DNA of 64,000 nucleotides from Acidobacteriota bacterium (lineage in GTDB: Bacteria; Acidobacteriota; Thermoanaerobaculia; Gp7-AA8): assembly GCA_019244185.1 (NCBI GenBank), contig JAFATB010000012.1, positions 1 to 64,000 of the forward strand, read 5' to 3'. Both the position numbers and the translations under genes were made by a program. Positions 55,483 through 64,000 of this stretch are shown piece by piece (within the stretch, counting starts at the first letter, position 1; every line of letters starts with the position of its first letter). Under the pieces are notes generated by a model, which was given only the letters and a program-made list of their open reading frames with translations, was not told the origin of the DNA and did no database searches.

Positions 55483-57276
55483 TCAGCGGAGCACGGCCGC
55501 GACCTTCGTCTCCACCGCGGCGTGCAGCGTCGGCGGCGCGCCGTAGAACACGCCCGCGGTCTTCCCCGTTTTGTCGAAGAGGAAGAGCGTCGGCACGGCG
55601 CTGATGTCGCCGAACGAGCGCGCGAGCTCCGGCGTCGCGAGGCCCCAGCGCACCGGCAGCGCGAGCTCGCGCGTCAGCTTGCGCACGTCGGCTTCGGGCG
55701 ATTCGACGGCGAGGCCGACGACGGCGACGCGGTCGCCATATCGCTTCTTCAACGTCCCGAGCCACTCCAGCGTTCCGCGGCACGGCGGACACCACGTCGC
55801 CCAGAACTCGACGATCACGGCGCGGCCGGCGAGTTGCGCGCGCGTCAGCGGCTTGCCGTCGAGGTCCGTGATGCTGAGCTGCGGCAGCGCCGCGATCTCG
55901 TTCGACGTCGCGCTCGCGGCGCGCGCCCGTGCGTCGTCGGTCTTGCCGGCCAGCACGAGCTGCAACATGCGCGTGAGATCGGAGCGGAAGCGCTCGTGGC
56001 TCGCCGCGCTGCGCAGCGGCGCGTAGCGTCCGGAGTTGCCTTCGCCTTTGCCGAAGAAGCCGAAATCGTTCGGCGTCGCCACGAGGATGTCGTCGACGAA
56101 GATCGCGGGATAGCGCTTCACGCCGAAGCGTTGCGCGAGCTTCGACTGCCCGTAGTTCTCGACGACGAACCGCACGCTTCCGTTGAACTGTTGCACCACG
56201 CTCTGAGCCAGCAGACCTGCCGGATCGGAGAGGTTTCACGTGTATGGCCAGCGAATGAGCGTGACCGTCGCGCGCGGCGCGGGCAACGCTTTCACCGGCG
56301 GCGCGGGTCCGATCGCGGCGAAGTAGCGCGGCAGCGATGCGGACGCGATGGCCGACGCGACCGCGCCGCCGTCCGCGCGTGCGAGATCCGCCTGCGCGCT
56401 TTCGACGAACATCCGCGCGATGCTGTGATCGACGTTCGGCGCGGCGGCGATGCGCGCGGACGTCTCGCGCAGACGCTGCTCGATCTCCGCCCGCGCGAGC
56501 GGTGTCGTCGCGCGGATCTGCGCCGTGCGCCGCACGGCTTCGAGATAGCGCACGAGCGCGCCGCGGCGCAGTCCCGCGGCATCGAGCTCGCGCGCTTCCT
56601 TCAAGAGCGAGCTCGCGTTGATGAAGTCCGAGTGGCGATCGATGGACGCGGGCGGACGATACGCGGCGAGCAGCTCCCGTTCGAGCGCGTCGAGCTCCGG
56701 CGCGATCGAGCGGAACGCCGGCGCGCGCTTCGCTTCCGGCTGCGACGCGCGGCGCGCGAAGGCGAGGAAGTCGCGCTGCGCCACGGCCTGCCCGAGGTAG
56801 AAGTAACCGGCGAAGGGGCTCGTGTTCTGCGCGTAGATCAGGCTCGCGCCATACAACTCGTGCACCTGCGGGATCGCGGTCTCGAGGAGGCCGCGCACGG
56901 CGGCGGGCTGCACGTCGTCGAGTTTCGGCGCGGGCGCGTTCTGCAGTTGCGGGCCGAGGCGCTTCCATTCGGCTTCGAGCCCGTCGAGATTCTGCATCGC
57001 CGTCGCCGGTTGTTTTGCGACATACGCGGCGGCACCGAGGTTCGGCCATGCGCTGGCGAGCTGCTGCAGCGCGTAGAGCCGGCGTCCGTCGCGCAGCGCG
57101 TCGGAGGCGCGGTCGAGCGCCGGCTGCGCGCCGCCTTTCACCTCGTCCCACGCGCCGCCTTTCGACTGCGCGAGCACCGACGACCAGCGCGCGACTTCCT
57201 GCGCGACCGGATCGGCGGCATTCGTCGCGGCGAGCAACGCCATCGCGGCCGCGGCGACGAACGAACGTGCGTGCAT
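55483..57276 (-). CDS. Predicted exported selenoprotein: helical domain + UxxS thioredoxin-like domain + TlpA-like CPPC domain (597 aa)
   Basis: Track ORFs 56236..57276 and 55483..56199 are in the same frame, separated only by TGA at 56238-56236 (RWPYT-U-NLSDPAG); SECIS-like hairpin follows; C-terminal FWATWCPPC. Confidence 0.85.
56201..56238 (-). promoter_or_regulatory. Bacterial SECIS element
   Basis: UGA AACCUCUCCGAU CCGGCAG-GU-CUGCUGG CUCAGAG; apical GCAGGUCUGC starts at nt +16 after the UGA. Confidence 0.82.
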
Positions 57277-57327
57277 GTCAGCGGTATAGCACCGCCCGCC
57301 TGCGCGCTCGTTGAACGAACGGCAAAC

Positions 57328-59099
<1,772 letters not shown>

Positions 59100-59104
59100 G
59101 GGCT

Positions 59105-59773
59105 TTAGTGGAGTCCTTCGAAGAAGCGGTCGAGTCGCGGAACATACCAGTGGGAGCGGTCGAGGGAGAAGGCCACGGCGACGGCTTTGCCGACGATGCG
59201 CCTTCGCTCGATGAAGCCGATGAAGCGGCTGTCGTTGCTGTTGTCGCGGTTGTCGCCGAGGACGAAGTACGAGCCCTTCGGCACGGTGAGCGGACCGTAG
59301 TTGCGGACCGCGGGGATCTCCGGCGTCAGCATGACTTTGTGAATGTGGCCGTCGAGGTCTTCATCGTTGACGTACGCGGAACCGTAATCGCCGGCGCCGA
59401 CGATGGCGATGGGCGACTGCTTCGCGAGATGGCCGTTGATGAAGAGCTGGTTGTCGCGGAGCTCGACCTGATCGCCGGGGAGCGCGGCGACGCGTTTCAC
59501 GAGGCGCGTGCCGTCGACGGGCGAGAAGAGCACGACGATGTCGCCGCGATGCGGATCCGCCCATTTCGTGATCTCGATCGTGGTGAACGGGACCTTGAGG
59601 TCGTAGGCGAGCTTGTTGACGACCACGCGGTCGCCTTCCTGGATGGTCGGCTTCATCGAGCCGGTGGGGACGTCGTTCCAGTCGGCGAGCGCCGAGCGCA
59701 GCGAGCTGACGATGAGGATCATCAGCGCGAAGACGCGGATCTCGTAAAGAACCTTCTTTTTGTCGATGGCCAT
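59105..59773 (-). CDS. lepB: Signal peptidase I
   Basis: TGSMKPT, LVKRV, GDNRDNSNDSR. Confidence 0.94.
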   Translation of the reverse strand: MAIDKKKVLYEIRVFALMILIVSSLRSALADWNDVPTGSMKPTIQEGDRVVVNKLAYDLKVPFTTIEITKWADPHRGDIVVLFSPVDGTRLVKRVAALPGDQVELRDNQLFINGHLAKQSPIAIVGAGDYGSAYVNDEDLDGHIHKVMLTPEIPAVRNYGPLTVPKGSYFVLGDNRDNSNDSRFIGFIERRRIVGKAVAVAFSLDRSHWYVPRLDRFFEGLH

Positions 59774-59851
59774 GGCACCTCTTCAGTACGCGACGGCCGG
59801 TGCAACGTTTCGCGGCGGAAAACTACTCCAGCGACGGAACGGTGACAGTGA

Positions 59852-59875
59852 AGGGGCGGACGAACGTCTGCCCCT
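59852..59875 (-). terminator. Hairpin downstream of the flotillin gene
   Basis: AGGGGCGGACG-aa-CGTCTGCCCCT; weak U-tract. Confidence 0.45.
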
Positions 59876-59883
59876 CGAACGAT

Positions 59884-61296
59884 TTACGCCGATTTCTCGC
59901 TGCCGCCGATGAGCTTCACCTTCGAGAGGAGCTCCGACATCTGCATGCCGGAGAGCGACTCGAAGAGCGCCGGCACCTGCGCGGCGATCGCGGCGAGGTC
60001 GCCGGTGATCTTGTGCGCGCCGGCGGCGTTGGCGTCGCCGGTGGAGACGATGGTGATCTTGTCGACGTTGGCGAGCGGCGCGGCCATCGCGCGCACCATC
60101 TCCGGCATCTGCGTCATCAGTTTGTCGACGACCGCGGCCTGGTTCCACTCCTGATACGCCTCGGCCTTCACGTTCATCGCCTTCGCTTCCGCCTCGCCTT
60201 TACGGAAGATGATGTCGGCCTCGGCCTCACCTTCGGCGCGCACCGACGCGGCGCGGCCCTCGGCTTCGATGCGCAGGCGCTGGCTCTCGGCGGCGGCGAG
60301 CGTCTCGATGCGCGCGCGCTCGACTTCCGCGGACTTGAGGACGTTAGCGATCAGTTCCTTCTCGTGGCGGACGATCTCCGCCTCCTGCACCTTGATCTGT
60401 TCCTGCTTTTCGATCTGCTGCACCTTCACCGACTCTGCGATGACCTGCTGCTGCATGACCTGCGACTGGATCTCGTACGCCTTGTCGGCCTGCGCCTGCT
60501 GGCGTTTGGTCGTTTCGACGTAGAGCGCTTTCTTGACGTCGAGGTCGCGCTGCGCCTCCGCCTGCGCGGCGAGCGACAGCGTCTCGGCGAGCACCCGCTG
60601 CTGATCGGCTTCGGCGCGTTTGATCGCGGCTTCGCGCAGCGCCTCGGCGCGTTTGATGGCGGTGTCGCGCTCCGCTTCCGCGGCGGCGATGTCGGCCATC
60701 ATGCGGATGCGCGCGATGTCGGGGCGGCCCATGTTGGTGATGTACTCGTTGCCGTCCTTCACTTCCTTGATCGTGAACGACACGACCTCGAGGCCCATCT
60801 TGTCCATGTCGTCCGCGCACGTGGCCCGCATGCGGTCGGCGACCATCTCCGGCTGCTTGACGATCTCTTCGACCGTCAGCTGGCCGATGATGCCGCGCAG
60901 GTGGCCTTCCATCACCAGGCGGATGAGGCCTTCACGCTGCGGCGGCGTCTTCGAGAGGAACTGCTCCGCGGCGGTGAGGATCGACTCGCGGTCGCTCTTC
61001 ACCTTGATCTGCGCGACCGCTTCCACGGTCACGGCGACGCCCTGCTTCGTGTAGAGGTCCTGCTTCGGCGCGACGTCGAACGACATCAGCTCGAGCGAGA
61101 GCGCCCTGTAGCTGTGGATCATCGGGAAGATGAGCGTGCCGCCGCCTTTGATGACGCGCGTGCCGCCGACGCCGAAGACGACGAACGCCTCGTTCGGGCC
61201 GACTTTCCGATACATCTGAGCGATGAAGCCGAGGAGCATCAGCGTGGCGAGCACGATGCCGCCGGCGATCATCCACATCGGTATTTGGTTGAGCAT
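59884..61296 (-). CDS. Flotillin-family SPFH protein (FloT-like)
   Basis: TM; VAQIKV..AAEQFL, EGHLRGI, AEA-rich coiled coil, PLANVDKITIV; AAGGAG SD. Confidence 0.92.
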   Translation of the reverse strand: MLNQIPMWMIAGGIVLATLMLLGFIAQMYRKVGPNEAFVVFGVGGTRVIKGGGTLIFPMIHSYRALSLELMSFDVAPKQDLYTKQGVAVTVEAVAQIKVKSDRESILTAAEQFLSKTPPQREGLIRLVMEGHLRGIIGQLTVEEIVKQPEMVADRMRATCADDMDKMGLEVVSFTIKEVKDGNEYITNMGRPDIARIRMMADIAAAEAERDTAIKRAEALREAAIKRAEADQQRVLAETLSLAAQAEAQRDLDVKKALYVETTKRQQAQADKAYEIQSQVMQQQVIAESVKVQQIEKQEQIKVQEAEIVRHEKELIANVLKSAEVERARIETLAAAESQRLRIEAEGRAASVRAEGEAEADIIFRKGEAEAKAMNVKAEAYQEWNQAAVVDKLMTQMPEMVRAMAAPLANVDKITIVSTGDANAAGAHKITGDLAAIAAQVPALFESLSGMQMSELLSKVKLIGGSEKSA

Positions 61297-61316
61297 GGAC
61301 AGTTTCTCCTTCTGCG

Positions 61317-61901
61317 CTACTCGAGCGCTTTCAACGCGCCGTTGGCCGGCGCGAGCTCGTCCCACGTGGTGACGTAGGCGATTCCTTTTTCATAACGGGT
61401 CACGATGACCTCGGTGCCTTTGGCGATGGCGCGGCCGTCGTCGCTGCGCGCGCCGCACACGCGTCGCGTGCCGGCGTGGCGGAAGACGATCTCGCCCGTG
61501 CCGTCGACCGCGCGGATGGGGATCGTCGTGCGTGCGACGACGCCGAGCATCGACAGCGGCGCGGCGACCGCCTCGTCGCGCGCGAGACGTCCGATGACGC
61601 TGTTGATCACGGACGCGCCGACCGCGCCGATGACGATCGCGCCGGTGGCGATCAGCCGCGGCGACCATGGCGTCAGCCGCTCGATGAGCAGTCCGCCGCC
61701 GCCGAACCAGGTCAGGAACGCGGTGATCGCGGCGGCGTTGACCATCGACGCGCGGCGCCCGCCGTGCGCATGCGGATGCAGATGCAGCGCGCGGTGCGCG
61801 AACACGCGGTCGAAGACGTTGACGTGCTCGAGGCCGGAGACGAACGAGACGACGCTCAGCCCCAGGCCTGCGATGAAGCAGACGACGAAGAGTGTGGTCA
61901 T
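61317..61901 (-). CDS. NfeD/YuaF-like membrane protein
   Basis: TM segments, FLTWFGGGG, OB-fold GTGEI...IAKGTEVIV; upstream of flotillin. Confidence 0.82.
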   Translation of the reverse strand: MTTLFVVCFIAGLGLSVVSFVSGLEHVNVFDRVFAHRALHLHPHAHGGRRASMVNAAAITAFLTWFGGGGLLIERLTPWSPRLIATGAIVIGAVGASVINSVIGRLARDEAVAAPLSMLGVVARTTIPIRAVDGTGEIVFRHAGTRRVCGARSDDGRAIAKGTEVIVTRYEKGIAYVTTWDELAPANGALKALE

Positions 61902-61914
61902 GAAGATGTGCCTT

Positions 61915-62406
61915 TCAGGCGCGCCGTTTCTTTCGCGCCGGGCGCGGATGGACCTCGAGCGTGTCAACGAGGCGCTCGATGAGCTGCCGGTTCTCGACGA
62001 TCGAGCCGAGGAGCACGAGGCAGTCGCGCGACTTGTCGTGCTTGGCGATCTTCAGCAGCGCGTCGGCGAGCATGCGGTCCTCGGCGAAGGTCTCCGCGCC
62101 GTCGATGAGCCAGAGATCGACGCGGTCGTCGAGCGCGCGGCGCGGCTTCATCGAGTGATGGCCGTCGAGGTCGTCGACGAGATGACCCGGATGCACTTTG
62201 AAGAAGCGCGCGAGCAGAAGGCGCGTGTTCGCGGTCATGTGCGGACGCGCGCCGCTCTCGAGCTGCGAGAGATACGACTGGCTGATCTGCCCGTCCAGCT
62301 CTTCCCGCACGCCGCGCGCGACTTCCGCCTGCGTCAGCTCGCGCTCCAGGCCGCGGGCGAAGCCTTCCAGCGTTCGCAGGCGGGCCAGCTTTTCTCCGAT
62401 GGTCAT
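61915..62406 (-). CDS. XRE-family HTH regulator
   Basis: IGEKLARLR, LTQAEVA, ISQSYLSQLESG. Confidence 0.88.
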   Translation of the reverse strand: MTIGEKLARLRTLEGFARGLERELTQAEVARGVREELDGQISQSYLSQLESGARPHMTANTRLLLARFFKVHPGHLVDDLDGHHSMKPRRALDDRVDLWLIDGAETFAEDRMLADALLKIAKHDKSRDCLVLLGSIVENRQLIERLVDTLEVHPRPARKKRRA

Positions 62407-62445
62407 TGCAATTTGCAATATATGGCAAATTGCAATCTTTTGCAA
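62405..62445 (-). promoter_or_regulatory. Promoter with 32-bp palindromic operator
   Basis: TTGCAA-N17-TATATT-N10-ATG; ATTGCAATTTGC-aatatatg-GCAAATTGCAAT (62405-62436). Confidence 0.78.
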
Positions 62446-62490
62446 GTGGCGGGGCGGCGGCAGGGTGGAACTCCCCGGGAAACGGCGCCG

Positions 62491-64000
62491 CTACCGCAGC
62501 GCGACGACGACCAGCGTGAGGTCGTCTTCCAGCTCGCCGCGGGCGAAGGAGGTCGCCGCGTCGACGAGCGTCTGCTGGAGTTCTTCGGCCGAAAGATCGC
62601 GCGCGTCGGCGACGAGCTCCTCGATCCGCTGCTCGCCGAAGAGCTCTCCCTCCCCGTCGCCCGCCTCGGAGACGCCGTCGGTGAAGAGCACGAGCGTGTC
62701 GCCCGGCGCGACGGCGAGCTCGCGCTCCTCGTACGGCTGCGTGAACAGCCGCGAGATGGCCGGGCCGCCTTCCGCGAGCCGCACGATCGTGCCGTCCGCG
62801 CGCGCGAGCACCGGCGCGTTGTGCCCCGCGTTACACCAGCGCAGCGTCATCGACGCGGTGTCGAGCGTGGCGTAGAAGAACGTGACGAAGCGTCCGCCGG
62901 AGAGACTCGACACGACCACGCGTCGCACGCGCTCGCACAGATCGCGCGGCGAGCCGCTCGCCGACGCGCGCACCGCCGCCTGCAAGCCCGACATCAGCAG
63001 CGCCGCGGGCATGCCCTTTCCCGCGACGTCGCCGATGCAGACCGCGAGCTCGCGCTCGCCGAGCTTGATGAGATCGTAGTAGTCGCCGCCCATCGAGCGC
63101 GCCGGCTGCCAGACGCCGCTCGCGTCGATGCCTGCGACGCGCGGCATCTCGCGCGGGAGCAGCGTCTGCTGAATCGCACGCGCCTGCGTGAAGTCCGCTT
63201 CATCGACGGCCATGCGAATGCGATCGGTGGCGATCGAAATCTGATCGGCGGCCGAGCGGAGGAAGTCGATGTCCTCGACGTCGAACTCGCCGCCCGACAA
63301 CTTCGGCGCGAGCGCGACGAAGCCGCGCGTACCGATCGGGACGACGAGCGTTGCCTCGATCTTCGCCAGCGGCGCGCTCGCGGCTTCCGGCAACGTCCGC
63401 CGCCGCGGATCGAACGGGCGGTCGAGGAACTCGCTGAACGTGCGCGGCACGCGCAGGCGCCCGAGGAGCGCGTCGGCCACGCCGACTTTCGCCACGGCCA
63501 CGAACTCTTCCTGGCGCTCGACGAACAGCACCACCGCGCGGTTCTGCAGCGCGTGCTGCAATTCCTCCGCGGCGCCGCCGAGGTACGCGCCGAGGTCGTG
63601 CGCGGCCATCGTTTCCGCGCCGATCGCCCGCAGCGCCTCGGGGTACTCGTACTTGTGGCGGAAGAGGTTGCGGTCGACGAGCGTCTGCAGCTTCGTCCGC
63701 AGCGGCACGAACAGCAGCGCCACGACGAGCGTCGAGGCGATGACCAGCGTCTGGTTCTGCACGTGGGCGATGTTCACCAGCAGCGCGCCGAGTCCGCCCA
63801 CGATGCCGACGTACAGCACGAGAATCGCGCCGGTCAGGATCGCGTAGACGACCGTTTTGCGGATGATGACGTCGATGTTCATCAGCCGGTACTTGAGGAT
63901 CGCGAACGCGAACGAGATCGGGATGAGCAGGTACAGCAGCGTCGGCACGACCTGCACGAACTGCCCCGCGCGCAGCCACCACGAGACGTCGCCGCCGCGC
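62491..64000 (-). CDS. Membrane GAF + SpoIIE/PP2C (RsbU-like) phosphatase (5' end off window)
   Basis: TM segments, GAF-like region, GGDYYD, GDVAGKG, NAGH, FTDGVSEA, DDLTL. Confidence 0.9.
   Translation of the reverse strand, partial: RGGDVSWWLRAGQFVQVVPTLLYLLIPISFAFAILKYRLMNIDVIIRKTVVYAILTGAILVLYVGIVGGLGALLVNIAHVQNQTLVIASTLVVALLFVPLRTKLQTLVDRNLFRHKYEYPEALRAIGAETMAAHDLGAYLGGAAEELQHALQNRAVVLFVERQEEFVAVAKVGVADALLGRLRVPRTFSEFLDRPFDPRRRTLPEAASAPLAKIEATLVVPIGTRGFVALAPKLSGGEFDVEDIDFLRSAADQISIATDRIRMAVDEADFTQARAIQQTLLPREMPRVAGIDASGVWQPARSMGGDYYDLIKLGERELAVCIGDVAGKGMPAALLMSGLQAAVRASASGSPRDLCERVRRVVVSSLSGGRFVTFFYATLDTASMTLRWCNAGHNAPVLARADGTIVRLAEGGPAISRLFTQPYEERELAVAPGDTLVLFTDGVSEAGDGEGELFGEQRIEELVADARDLSAEELQQTLVDAATSFARGELEDDLTLVVVALR

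Noticed and set aside
55483-56199. Stand-alone 238-aa TlpA gene starting at GTG 56199
   Set aside because: No SD or signal peptide, and it starts mid thioredoxin fold; better explained by UGA readthrough.

Overview
High-GC 64 kb window, mostly core chromosome. Gene order, an IPTL-CTERM-like protein, a KRRAVR C-terminal tail and a TamB-Omp85 fusion suggest an Acidobacteriota, probably Thermoanaerobaculia-like, organism (inference, no search run). The first ~1.6 kb (rmuC, def, 5' half of fmt) looks alphaproteobacterial and appears joined inside fmt, so it may be an assembly chimera. Housekeeping content includes def-fmt-rsmB, GH15, HU, dgt, GH44, alr-mlaEF, xseAB-ispA-dxs-tlyA, rfbD, tatA, pcrA, hbd, moeB, pyrE, HMG-CoA lyase, fur-FTR1, gltX, minor pilins, an ECF sigma, fabI, eno, lepB and an XRE-NfeD-flotillin operon. 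No rRNA, tRNA, CRISPR array or transposase was recognised. Main findings: (1) a hidden ~597-aa exported selenoprotein (55483-57276, minus) whose in-frame UGA lies in a UxxS thioredoxin motif and is followed by an fdhF-like SECIS hairpin; (2) DXS carrying a C-terminal antitoxin-like tail, directly coupled to a VapC/PIN gene inserted in the dxs-tlyA operon; (3) a low-GC two-gene Schlafen/AlbA_2 islet with a 1-nt frameshift; (4) a single-chain TamB-POTRA-Omp85 protein; (5) a REP/MITE-like repeat family with compensatory base changes; (6) a His-less pseudo-histidine kinase, a probable CTG start for moeB, and many leaderless-type promoters.
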